Origin: Pelomyxa schiedti
Taxonomy: Eukaryota; Protista; Evosea
NCBI GenBank assembly: GCA_020536535.1
Contig: JAHLWZ010000693.1
Span: forward strand, 62,001 to 126,000
Length of the DNA: 64,000 nt
Direction: 5' to 3'
Part shown: positions 40,374-51,667 of the stretch, in pieces
Position numbering within the stretch: position 1 is the stretch's first letter
Layout of the letters: every line of letters starts with the position of its first letter
Notes under the pieces: model-generated
Database searches by the model: none
What the model was told of the DNA's origin: nothing
The model's input: the letters and a program-made list of their open reading frames with translations, nothing else
Made by a program: the position numbers and the translations under genes

Positions 40374-40663
40374 TTAGTGCCCGTGCCGTTGTCGTTGTTG
40401 AAGATATTCGCCTGTGACGCAAGGGAAGAAAACAACGTTGTGTAACGAACGAAGAAAAAATTGGCGTTCGGAAAACCCGAAGACGAAGAACCTGAGAATC
40501 AGCCCAGGTTTTCCACACCCATTTCCCAACCATTTCGTACCACATAATCTCAGCCACAAGAGAGCAACAGCTCGAATTAGCAGGAAGCCTCAGAGTCCAC
40601 ATTCCCCTCAGACCCTGCTCATTAGATGCCACCATCACTGAAGAAGGGCGAAAAAAAAAACAA

Positions 40664-42958
40664 ATGACTGAGGGTGCTGCGGCAGGCGCGACGTCTGGTG
40701 GCACTTCCCTTTCCCATGCGGAAAGCAACAGTGCAGCGAACGGTGGGAGTTGCGCACAGAGCGACAACCCAGTTACCCTGCAACCTCCTCCCGCCGTCGC
40801 GATCCCAAACGCGCCGCAGACTCAGTCCCAGTCCGGAACTGCCGTAACACGCGCCGACAACTGTTGCCCTCAGCAACAAGTGACAGGGACTCCTCCCAAT
40901 CCCACACCCCAAACCCAAAGCAACGCCGACGCAGCAACTAGTGCCGGCGTAAGCAGCACGCAACCGCAACAACAATCGCAATCGCAGTCATCACAACAGC
41001 CTGGCGCAATGCAAATGCAAACGCCAATGCAAATTCAGAACAAAAGCGAGCAGCACCCTCTGGATGCCACGTTCGCGAGCTGCGCTCAGCAGATGCAAAT
41101 GCAAATGCAACACCAGCAGATGGTGCAGCAGAAACAGCAGCAGCAACAGCAGCAGTTCTTGCAATTCCAGCAGCAGCTGCAGCTTCTGCAGTCGCACGCG
41201 TCACCTCAGTCGCCCGCGCCATGTCCGGCACCCACGCCGACTCCCCAGGCTCCCCCTTCCCAGCCCACTCAGACCGCTGCGTCCAACGACCTAGGCATTC
41301 TTCCACCATCGAGTGTGGCCACACGCGCTGCAAGTGCGGCGGCGCAGCTTCCGTTGGATCCGCAGCTGCAGCAACTCTTACAACAACTTGACGCACACGC
41401 CTTGCAGCAATTGCTGTCAACTTCGCAGGAAGTGCTTTTCCAATCGACGGGGTCACAGACTTCTTCCCAACATCAGCAGCTGCAGCTTCTTCAACAATTA
41501 CAACAGCACCTAGTGATACAACAGCAACAGGCTATTTTACAACAGCAGCAGAAAAATGAACAGCCAAGTGAGAATCATTCGCAAGCGTTGAGCAAAGGAC
41601 TCCCATTGAATCACGCAGCACAACATGAACAAATACAAAAGAACTTGCTCATGTTGCATCAGCAACAATCACAGCAGTTACAACAACTGCAACAGCAACA
41701 GCAGCAACTTCAACAAAAGCAACTTTTTCAACGCCAGCAGCAGCTACAACAAATGTACCAGCAGACTGCCCACCAAATTGTTTCTCAGCCAAGTCCCCAG
41801 CAATCACAAACCGTACAACCAGTACCACCGCCACAAGCCTCCCCTCCTAGCCTTCAGTCACCTCAAGTCTCACAAACTTTTCAACACCAGTCAATGCCAC
41901 AAAATGCACCTCAGCAGACACAGCAAACCACACCACAACCCCAAACGCCTCCCCCACAGCAATCTCCTCAGCAAACTATCTACCAATCACAACAATTACC
42001 GCAACAGACTGTTTCCCTACCTTTTGGTTCGATGTCTTTCAACAAACAAAACACACAACAAACCTCTGCTTATGCTCCACAGCTTTGCTCAAGCCCACAA
42101 CAGCAAATGCAAACGGCTCAGTCTACTACTGCAACACACACTGGAACCCTTCAACTCCAGGTTTCAAGGCACTATGGATTCTAAATGTCTGACCCCGCTT
42201 TCTCCAGTGCAACGACTTACCAACTATACTTAAACTGTGTGAAGCAGTTGGCCAGTATGTTTCAGATTCAAACCAGCACAAGATAGATTGGAATCACATA
42301 AGTCGGAGTATGCCGTGGAGTCCTAGGTGATTCTGTTGTTCCTTTTGTTGTTTTTAAAATTAAGTACAGTGAATGCCAAGCTGTGTGGCGTCATATTGCA
42401 TACTCTTGGAAACCCGAGGATGTTACCGGATCAACATTGGTAGTTATAAACTGGAATGCGTCTGATTCACCCATTGTAGAACACTACAGAGCTTGACGGT
42501 AATGAAAGTGATGAAGAACAATTGTTGAAATCCATGGTAAGGGCTCCACGCACTTTCATGACTGGATAATTGTGCACAGCACCCAAAAGTCCTGCAACCC
42601 TCTCCTCAAATCCAGCCACAAATGGACACATCATATACCAAGATTCTCCAACCTACTGGAAATTATCTACCCAAACAGGAAGCCGAAGAACCACCAACTG
42701 TAAAACTGCGCAATATTTACTCCAACTGACATGTCTTGAGAAAAAAGGTAGAAAGCGCAAAGTCTGGAAACCAGAGGATGATGTTGCACTTTTAGACGCC
42801 GTGGAGTTGTATGGCGAGTGTATGTACTTTTTTTGCCGTTATACCGCACTCTTACAAGCAAAGCAAACTGGCCATACCTTGCCCAACAACTTTCCCACTT
42901 AGAAAGAAGTCATTCACAATTGAGCTCTCGCTATACAGCCTTGAGGAAGAAGGTCTAA
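40664..42958 (+). CDS. Q-rich transcription factor with SANT-like and C-terminal single Myb domains
   Basis: About 500 aa of Q/P-rich N-terminus, then KIDWNHISRSMPWSPSECQAVWRHIAY, then RKRKVWKPEDDVALLDAVELYG-ANWPYLAQQLSHLERSHSQLSSRYTALRKK. Confidence 0.8.
41080..41780 (+). repeat. CAG/CAA-rich polyglutamine low-complexity tract (coding)
   Basis: Multiple Q runs, for example QQKQQQQQQQFLQFQQQLQ and QQQQSQQLQQLQQQQQQLQQKQ. Confidence 0.85.
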
Positions 42959-43024
42959 TTATTTCCATCAACTGAAAGCTGATTCTCTAAAAGGCTCAGA
43001 AGGGTAACTGTGGTGATGCCCGTA

Positions 43025-43803
43025 TCAAATGGAAACTCGATTGCATTGCCAAGAAGGTACATACAACCAACACAAAAAGCTGTTTGTTTCCTCATCCAAT
43101 GCAGAGTGAAAAGCAGTCATGACCCAAATCAAAACTGGTTGTGTGAATTGTTGTAGGTGATACCCAAATTTTGCAAAAAGAAAGCTTTTTTTTTCCCCTC
43201 ATCTTTGCTTATTGTAAGTGCAGGAAATCCCACAGTGCCTTAGTAGTAAGAGGGAACCACTCCTTTAGCTGCGAAGAAGCACCCACCCATGTCAACAACA
43301 AGCTCACAACAATTCCAATATCTGACAGATTTTCCTTCCTTCATGCAGAGAGTGAGTTGTCTCGAACGAAATAAAAAAAAAACTGTGTGTTGACGAGGCT
43401 AGAGCATTGGCATAGAGAGAGAAATAATAAAGAATATAATATATAATTACCTGCCAGGCCTGAGCTGCAGCACGTAGGCCCAGCACACAACGAGCACAGG
43501 GAGCAGGGCCAGGAGGCACGACACGTTGTTAGTGGGGGAGGACGAGGCGACCACGGCGGCCCACAGGGCCACGGGCACGAAGGCGTACACGGCGGTGGCT
43601 CCGCCCGCCGCGGCCACCCACCCGCGCTCCCCGCCCGCCCCTCGCGCCTTGCCCCCGCCGCCGGCGCCGCTGCCCGCCCCGGCACCCCCGCTGCTCCCGC
43701 CCTTGGTGCTGCCCGACGCCGACGAGGACGAGTGCGACGCGGAGGAGGCCGTGGGCGACGACGGCGTGCCGAACCCGTGGCTGCTGCTCGTTTTGTGCGA
43801 CAT
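43025..43803 (-). CDS. Small multi-pass membrane protein, weak resemblance to the RAB5IF/EMC6 family
   Basis: A GC-rich first exon has two hydrophobic segments (VYAFVPVALWAAVVA, SCLLALLPVLVVCWAYVL). Later exons read ENLSDIGIVVSLLLTWVG..LKEWFPLTTKALLIWVMTAFHSA. The 3' end is uncertain. Confidence 0.45.
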
Positions 43804-43961
43804 TCGCTTGTTGTTTTTGGTGCCAAGGAAAAAATCTTTCTTTTCTTTTTGGTTGATCGTTTTGGAATTGGAACGGCAGATACAAAGAAAAAAGCAAAAG
43901 TTTAATTTAGAGTTAATGGAACGAACTAAGGTTGTGGTGTGGCACGCGCGTTTGTTGTTGG

Positions 43962-46898
43962 TTACCACAGTTTGATTCCTAGCATTGTGAACAGGGGAGA
44001 GCAACAAAAGCAGCTCCAAAGCGATGTGGCGTTGGAATCTGGGCATGCACCTGGGCGTGCAGCCGTGGGGATTCCATGAACCTGTGACTCCTCTTCGGCT
44101 TCGGCGTCCCACTCGTCGTCTGCATCGGCATTGTATTCGGAATTATGGTCGCTGGCATCACCGGCACCACCGGCTTTGCTAGATACTGAGCCGGTGTCAC
44201 TCTCAATATCCGGTGATGGTGGGCTGGCTAAGAGCGGATGGGAATTCTCGGGAGAGAAATAACAGGGCGACAGGAACATCAGTACGGTGTAAACAGCGGA
44301 CTTGGGCAATGACCCGAAGGTACGGGGTGTCGTAGCAGTCGCGGAATTCTTTGCCCAGCACAAGAGGATGGTCTTTATAATGCACCGGAACCAATGCGGG
44401 AAGTATTTATGCCTGGCGGGGAGCCATGTTGCCGGTAAATAGTACCTCTGCCAGTAAGATGCTGCGGAAAAATGGTTTGGTGGGCAATTGTCATCTGTAC
44501 CGCCATCATCCGATCGGGATTGTCCTTCATCGTCGTCACTTTCCGTGTCATCATCAAGGATGTCCCCTTCGCTTGATTCACTTGCTGAGAAAGTCTCCCC
44601 TGAGGTCAATACAAGACCATGGAACCAAAGAAGTTCAGCAGTTGTATGTTTCCGATGTCGAACAGCTATTGTAAGTAGGTCGCTGGAGACATGAGCACCG
44701 TGCTTCAGAAAAAGGGATAACGTCGAATCCATTCCATTTTCCACCAACTTACGCAAAATGTTCTTCTTGGACAAGTTGGGGTCAGCACCACGGTCCAATA
44801 GAAGTTGTATACACTTGTCATCATAAGTGAATAAGCTTGTAACAGCGAGAGGGTATTCTCCGAATATAAGTGCGTTTGGGTTCATGTTAACGGCAGATGA
44901 CAAAAGAAATTGGACCAGTTCGACGTTGTGTAGAGCCAAAGCTTCATAAAAGAGTCCATCTTTAAGCTTTGGTTGTTGCTGTTGAATGATGCCTATGTAC
45001 CAGTCACGATTGACAGTTATAGGGGATTGCACAAAGCATGCCCTGATTACACTCACTTTTGTACTTGTTGCCCCTTCAAGAAAGACTCGTTGTAGGATTT
45101 CCATGAGGTTAGACCGTTTTTCATGTGATGCAATGTTCATTACCAGTCCCACAAAGTCAATAGGATCAATTACTTTTGCCATTGTTGTAACAAACCGGGC
45201 TTCATATTTTGTTCCACCACAACTCTCACTTTGTTCCATCAAACGAAATTCGGAAATTGGCACTTCACCCTCCTTTATTTTAGTTTTTGTGCATTCATCA
45301 ATAAAGGGGTGATATAACTCAAGCCGGGCCTCACCTGGAGGTTTTTGTTCAAGTAGTGCGGCAGTAATATGGCTAGTTACATTAAACAACCCTTCTGAGT
45401 GCAAAAACAGCTTGGGGAATGTTTGTAGCAAAATGACTAACAAATACAAGCAGGGTCGTGAGTTCTCACCTGCCAGAAGTAGAGTTGAACCCCTCTCAAA
45501 CAGAGACACAATAGATTCCTCTTCCATTTGTCTTAATATTTCCTTCGTTGATATAAGAGATAAGGCAGCATGCTTCACTACAGCATCCTTGTCAAATACT
45601 AGTGTCAGAGCATTTCTTGCAAGTTGTGGTTTCAATTGCCCCCCAACTAGGCTAACTGGAATTAATACAAGGATCGAGAGAACTTTGTCTTTTGGTGATG
45701 AAATAGGTGCATGACGTTCGTGACAATCAATTAATTGGGTATGTGCCTGTGAGTCGCCGATACACATCCAAGTGAGTGCGGTCAGAACCGATACAATGAA
45801 GTTGGTATCACCCAAATTGGCACTTGAAGCAATTACTCCATCTCTATCAAGGCAAAAGGATGCCACTTTTTCTAGGGAGGAGACCAGTGCAGCAACAAAG
45901 TGATGTGTAAGAGAGCGTACTTCATTAGACCCATCCCTGAAGTGAATATCCCAATATTTCAAAGCACCAAGACCGCGGTTCTCTTTCTCAGAGAGCGTCG
46001 CCAGGTACTCGGTAATAGCTTTGGTTGCCTCCTCCAGTAACAGAGGCATAATTTTTCCGTGTTTTACAACCATGGTAAATAATCCAGGGCACCCACAAGA
46101 GATAGCTTCACAAACGCCATCAACAATGACCCTTTCATGTTCCGCTAGAATCTCGGCGCCAAGGCTGGATTTCATCAGCTCGCAGCACAAACGCGTTCCC
46201 CCCTTTACGGACTCTTGGTCCTCGCTATTCCCACACATCAACTCCACAGCGATGCTGCACAGAACGCCGACCAGGTCGCGCGGAACCCCCAAATTCCGTT
46301 GGAACGCGTACAGAATCGCCGTGGCGAATCCCAACTTGGTCGAAGCGTCGCGACTCTTCGCACCCGAACCGACGCCTACGCCGACGCCGCCAACCGCGAC
46401 GAACTCGCCGCAGGCTCCCATAAGCCGCTCCCAACACCCGCCAGCGGCAGCGGCGGCCACCGCGGCGCACGACGCGCCGAGGGCGAGCTGCCCCAGGGCC
46501 CGCCGCTCCGCCACCCACGCGCATTTCCCCAGGGCCGCCAGGGCCCCGCACCCCTGGTCCACGACGGCGAGCACGGCCCCCACGTCTTCGTCGTTCCCGC
46601 AGCCCACCGGCGACGCCCCCGCGGCCGCAAGCGCCGGTGATTCCGGTGCTGCTGAGGCCGAGGCGGCGGGCTGGGGCTGCGGCTGCGGCTGGGGGGCCAA
46701 GCCTGCCGCGAGCTTCCGGAGGACGCGGACGTGGGGGGCGATGCAGCGGTAGCCGCGGGACGGGGACCCGCCGGGGGGCTCAGGGGAACACAGGGCAGAG
46801 GAGAGCGACTCCAGGGCCGAGGCCACTCGCTGGGGCAGCTCCTGCGTAATGGAAACGAAGAGGGGCAGGCCGCGTGCAGTGGCAGGTAGCCTGCTCAT
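43962..46898 (-). CDS. Intronless 978-aa protein with helical N-terminus, ankyrin repeats and Cys-rich C-terminus
   Basis: Uninterrupted ORF with ankyrin-like ALALHNVELVQFLLS..MNPN, CIQLLLDRGADPNLS, LFLKHGAHV and AVRHRKHTTAELL, plus WLPARHKYFPHWFRCIIKTILLCW. Confidence 0.8.
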   Translation of the reverse strand: MSRLPATARGLPLFVSITQELPQRVASALESLSSALCSPEPPGGSPSRGYRCIAPHVRVLRKLAAGLAPQPQPQPQPAASASAAPESPALAAAGASPVGCGNDEDVGAVLAVVDQGCGALAALGKCAWVAERRALGQLALGASCAAVAAAAAGGCWERLMGACGEFVAVGGVGVGVGSGAKSRDASTKLGFATAILYAFQRNLGVPRDLVGVLCSIAVELMCGNSEDQESVKGGTRLCCELMKSSLGAEILAEHERVIVDGVCEAISCGCPGLFTMVVKHGKIMPLLLEEATKAITEYLATLSEKENRGLGALKYWDIHFRDGSNEVRSLTHHFVAALVSSLEKVASFCLDRDGVIASSANLGDTNFIVSVLTALTWMCIGDSQAHTQLIDCHERHAPISSPKDKVLSILVLIPVSLVGGQLKPQLARNALTLVFDKDAVVKHAALSLISTKEILRQMEEESIVSLFERGSTLLLAGENSRPCLYLLVILLQTFPKLFLHSEGLFNVTSHITAALLEQKPPGEARLELYHPFIDECTKTKIKEGEVPISEFRLMEQSESCGGTKYEARFVTTMAKVIDPIDFVGLVMNIASHEKRSNLMEILQRVFLEGATSTKVSVIRACFVQSPITVNRDWYIGIIQQQQPKLKDGLFYEALALHNVELVQFLLSSAVNMNPNALIFGEYPLAVTSLFTYDDKCIQLLLDRGADPNLSKKNILRKLVENGMDSTLSLFLKHGAHVSSDLLTIAVRHRKHTTAELLWFHGLVLTSGETFSASESSEGDILDDDTESDDDEGQSRSDDGGTDDNCPPNHFSAASYWQRYYLPATWLPARHKYFPHWFRCIIKTILLCWAKNSATATTPRTFGSLPKSAVYTVLMFLSPCYFSPENSHPLLASPPSPDIESDTGSVSSKAGGAGDASDHNSEYNADADDEWDAEAEEESQVHGIPTAARPGACPDSNATSLWSCFCCSPLFTMLGIKLW

Positions 46899-47115
46899 TT
46901 GTGATTTTCGTATTTTCGTTTGTTTTGTTCAATTCCGGGAACTGACTTCAAGCGATAAAAGATACACAGGGTGCTCACCATTTGGTGTTCTCGACAGATC
47001 GCACACAGGAAAAAAACGCACACTTCAACTTCCAGTCACGCACCCGCTTGTCTCCCTCAGTCTTCTGTGATTCGAGTCACAGAAGATCACCCAATTCCAA
47101 TTCGCAATACCCATC

Positions 47116-48069
47116 ATGTCTCAGGGCGCAGGGAGGGGGCGAGGCGCCGGCGGGCGCAGGCTAGTCAACACGGTGCTGGAGAAGCCAATAGTGCACGGGA
47201 ACATCGCGTGGTGGATGGGGAACGCGCAGCCGCAGGGCTCCCAGGGCGGCGACCCCGAGGCGGAGGCGGCGGCCCAGCGGCAGCCCACCCACAAGTGGTG
47301 CTGCTACGTGCGCCCCGCGGACCTGCCGGGCCCGGCAAGCATGGGGGGCGGGGGCGGCGGCGGGGGGAGCCAGGGGGCCCAGCCGGGGGCTCCCGTGTAC
47401 GAGGGGGAGTTGACGAATTGGATCAAGAAGGTGGTGTTCACGCTGCACCCGACGTTTCCGGATAATGTGAGGGTTGTGGAAGAGCCCCCGTTTCAGGTTT
47501 GACGGGTTGTCGCGTTCTTGTACTCCACTTTATGGTTTTGTTGTTAGTTGCTACTGGTTTTCCTCTTGTATTCAGTATTTAAGGTTACAGGTATGGCTGG
47601 GGTTTGAAATCGTGATTACAATTCATTTTGTGGATAACCTGGAGAAACCTGTGGATTTATACCATCCGTTGCAACTGTTCTCTCCTGAACAGCACTCTGC
47701 TTCTCACAAACCGCTTATTGCCGAGTTTTATGAGGAACTCATTTTTGTGAATCCAAAGGAAGAACTCGCAAACCGTTTGAAAATACCTGGGAAGAGGTTT
47801 GGAGATATATACTTCTGTAGCACTCTAATGTGGCTAGACCACCCAAGTCACTCCTTCCGGAAATCTCAGCACAGCAGTGTGGCAGTTTCACTGATGAACA
47901 ATGTTACAACAAGTTGACAGAAGCACATCAAAAAGTGAAGGAGCAAGTTCAGGCACTTCAGGCACGGCTTCTTCAATTGAATACGGATATTACTGCTGCT
48001 GGCGGAAGCACTGGCACAACTGGTGAGAATGGTCACGATGGAGATGTTGTTATTGTGGATAACCCCTGA
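47116..48069 (+). CDS. YEATS4: YEATS-domain protein (YEATS4/GAS41/Yaf9)
   Basis: KPIVHGNIA, THKWCCYVR, IKKVVFTLHPTFPDNVRVVEEPPFQ, FEIVITIHF...KPVDLYHPLQLF, EFYEELIFVNP and a C-terminal coiled coil. The GWGEF motif is disrupted (see findings). Confidence 0.88.
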
Positions 48070-48238
48070 GGGACCTGTGACACTATTTCAAGCACTATCT
48101 CTTCCCTCATAAATACACCCCTTACCAATGTTCATACACATAAACAAATCAAAGAGTGCCAAAAATTCGGGATTCTTTTAAATACATACAGTTTCCATTG
48201 TCTTCTGTAGGACAAAGGAAATTGTATTCAAAAAACCT

Positions 48239-48935
48239 CTATGAAAGTTGCTGGACCACTTTAAGGGCTTCTTGAACGTGCTTTGCGGCGTTGAATTGGC
48301 TGGAGAATGTGTAACGAACAATCCCAGATTTGTCAATGACATAAGTAACACGGCCTGGGATAAGGAACAGTGTGCTGCCAACACCATAGGCCTGCCTTAT
48401 TGCCTGGTTCTCATCACTGAGGAGTGTGAATGGGAGGCCGTGGTTGGTGGCGAATTTTTTGTGTGTGTCTACTGAATCAGAGCTGTTGAAGGGTTCGTAT
48501 TAGTTTGGGTAAATAAGTATTTGAATTTTTTGATATTATTTTGGGTTTGGAGGCGAACCTTACACCAATGACTCGAGCACCCGCTGTCTATGATAAAATG
48601 AGAACCGTGGAAGTGGAGAAAAAGAGTTCACATACTTTGAATACATGAAAACTGTCTCGGAAAGAGCACGCTTCAGCAGTGCAACCAGGTGTTTCGTCCT
48701 ATGAGTTTGTTACCAAAAAAAAAAAGGTAGCCTGAAGTAAAAGAACTATACCCTGGGATAGAAATACAAGACAACTATTTGTCCTCTCAAATCGCTCAAC
48801 CTTACAATGTTTCCATCCTTTTTTTGGGAGTGTTACACCTTGCAAAAGGTACTTTCGTGTTAAAGAAAAGCAAAAAGGAATACACACTTGATCAGGAAGT
48901 TCGAAATTTGGAGCTGTGTCCCCTGCTTTGACCAT
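48239..48935 (-). CDS. bcp: Peroxiredoxin Q / BCP
   Basis: MVKAGDTAPNFELPDQ, VVLYFYP.DETPGCTAEACSFRD, GLPFTLLSD and GRVTYVIDKSGIVR. Confidence 0.92.
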
Positions 48936-49268
48936 TTTTTTCTTGCGTTTGGTTGCTTTGTTTCTTGTTTTTTTTCTGGGGTGAGTTGCCGGCTAATCTC
49001 TACCAATTAATCGTTTTCTTTGTTGGTTCTCCAAACAGAGAGTAATAGCGTCGTCACGAAGAAGCGCTTCTTCGTCTTTTTTTCGGCGCACCTAAAAAAA
49101 GGGATCGAAGAGATCACAAGATAGATCTTGTGCACATTACTCCTCCCAAACCAGTACCGAGTCCGTGTTTTCTTCTGTGGCGGAGCTTAGTTCCTAAGGC
49201 CAGTCTCCACTCACGCAGTGGCCTATCAGATTTAATTTGTCACCGAAAAACAAACTAAAGAACAAAAG

Positions 49269-51616
49269 ATGGGTGACATTGGAGGAGCGTCATTCGATCC
49301 TAGATCTCTGTCTACTATTACCTTGGGACTTGCACACAGGAAAAAGACCGATACTGCACCCCGGAATGACAGTGCACCGTCACATATTGTCGCGGGTCCC
49401 ATGGGGGGCCAACCTGCCGCACCAGCGGAAATGACGCCCGCGGAATGCAAAAAGATTATCGCCAGAACGATGTATCGGCGTAAAATAGGAAGTCTTGTTT
49501 GGTGCCTCGTTGCGTGCTGGCTTACTGCGTACTTTGGCTTGATTGTAACGAGGTTATTCCCTCTCGGTAGGTTTTATGTTGCTTGTTTACTCCCTCTTTA
49601 TCCTGTTGATCTCTTCTTATTCTGGATAGGAAGGACATTAAGTTGGTTTCATACCCAAGTGTACATAGTGATGTTTGCGGCAGCTGCAGTTTTACTTCTT
49701 TTTGCCCACCATACGTCGTCCATTGGTTTCTAAAAAAATCCCTTTTCCTGTGACCTAACTGTACTGTAGTCCGTCGGCCTTATAGGACTTCGGCATGGTC
49801 CGTCTTTAATGACTTAAGAACAAATAAAAAGCTGATATTTGCATATTGTGGTGGCACTACCCTTTCTTTTTCTGCGCTGTACTGGTGTGAAACCAGTAAT
49901 AACTCCTCCCTTTTTTTGTCACTGACCGTTATTATTCTAGGTGCTTCAATGGGTTTGAGTGGGTATTGGAGCAGTGTCTCCCAGAAGAATTTCAGTAAAT
50001 CTCAGTAACATAGTATGTTAATGTGACAATTGCTAGGTGTGCCAATGTCAAGTTCCTCACAGTGACTACTACTGGTTTTTTTGTGGGCCTTGGACTTGCC
50101 ATTCGTATTATTACCAAGGAGCAACAAATACTGAAGTTCCCAACCTTCAATGTAGCTTTCCTCCCTGCAGGAATCTTTTAATTTTGTAATTCTCAAGTAG
50201 ACTTCAGCACTTAGTACTTTAAGACGGCGGGCACTAGGTTTCCCCTCATACCTGGGCAACACTTTTACAACCGTTAGGTACTCTTCTCGAAAGTCTTGTG
50301 ATTTCGAGTTCCACCTTTGTGGTTGGCGTTTTCGTGTTTCTTATAATTGGTTGGAACCGTTATACCTTCACCCATATCCTTTCAGGATTTATTCCGTATG
50401 TGCGCAAATCGTGTTATGGTTGGTAAATCCTGTTCAGGTTTGAACGAGGTGTATCCGACATGCCTGAGGGGAAGTTAGTCTTCCTTTTTCATCTTGGATT
50501 GGTATCTCTTGTAGTTGTTACTTGTTGGAAATTCGTCTGGCTTGCAAATGAGCTTCATTCCACAAGGGTACTTTTTTCAGGCCTTGGGAAATTCATTAAG
50601 CTATTCTTAGCACAATTCCTTCACTGGTACGAAGCGGGCTCCTTGCTCTTTGCTACTTTATGCGATGTCAAGGCATGAGGATGAGGCACCCTTTATAAAG
50701 GTATTATCTCAATTATCTACCTGCGAGCAACATTACAACTACAGTACCATGGATTCCAAGATTTTATGAGAGTTTGTCAGTACGACTCCCAAAGGAGAGC
50801 TGCCTTCTTTGCAAACAACATTGATTTAAAAAAGGCAGTGAAGTTATGCTGTGAATCCATTGCGGCACTCACAAAAAACCTTAATGTAAACATCTTTTCA
50901 TTTCTTCAGGGTTGGTAATGTTTCCTCTTCTAAGGCAGCTGTGTTCTTCCAATCCCGTGACTCCGTTGTAAAAATCCCTCTCTCCCACCTGGCACGACAG
51001 TGGTATATACAAACCGTTTTTATTTGCAATTAACCAATAAAAAACAAAAGTAAGACGATGTCCGCTATTTCTCCTCCTCCTTGTGATGATCCTACCCTCT
51101 CAACTTTGAATGCATTTTCTTCAATCCAGATTCAGATCTTTGCTATCAGGGGTTTTGCCAACCCCAGTTAATCTTTTACTCATTCTATCATCCAAGGCTT
51201 AACAGCTATTGCCAATGTTGCACCAAGTGAAGATAAACTAGGAATAATGAGCACACACTACCTAGTCACGCTGATTCTCATCCACTTCCTTGATGTATGC
51301 AAACCTCTTATTCTCTCTGACTAAGTTCAGCTCTAGTGCTACAATGCTCTGCGCTTGTTTACTGAGGCCTATCTAAATCCAATCAAGTATTTTGGCCGGC
51401 TACCAACCGCTTCGAGTGTTCTCTCAAGTGAAGTTCGGGTCGTACAAGAAGGTTTGTTCTCCCTCGGTAACTAACACTCAACAATGTTTCCACACAGAAC
51501 TACACCGTTCTCTTTATGCACTGATAAACACATACCGCACTACACTTGACGACCTCAAGTTCCCTCCAGAATACATTCCCGCCGTACAAAGTGTTGCTAA
51601 TATGCAATGCACATAG
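49269..51616 (+). CDS. NDC1: Transmembrane nucleoporin NDC1
   Basis: Several N-terminal TMs, LKFPTFN, QYHGFQDFMRVCQYDSQRRAAFF, QIQIFAIRGLTAIANVAPSEDKLGIM and ELHRSLYALINTY. These parallel NDC1 motifs ([55 protein letters not shown]). Confidence 0.78.
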
Positions 51617-51667
51617 GCGAGAGAATAAGAAAACCCTATTGTGTTCTTTTTGTTTTCTTTCTTTCTT

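Noticed and set aside
48670-48700. Possible Sec in the peroxiredoxin active site
   Set aside because: Both codons are TGC (CTAEAC), so this is not a selenoprotein.
50374-50381. ATATCCTT, a U12-type 5' splice-site consensus
   Set aside because: It lies in an open NDC1 coding frame, and I found no matching U12 branch site or AC acceptor.
50450-50690. Minus-strand frame with several in-frame TGA codons (possible multi-Sec protein)
   Set aside because: The region is an NDC1 exon on the plus strand. The minus frame has no recognisable protein and no SECIS.
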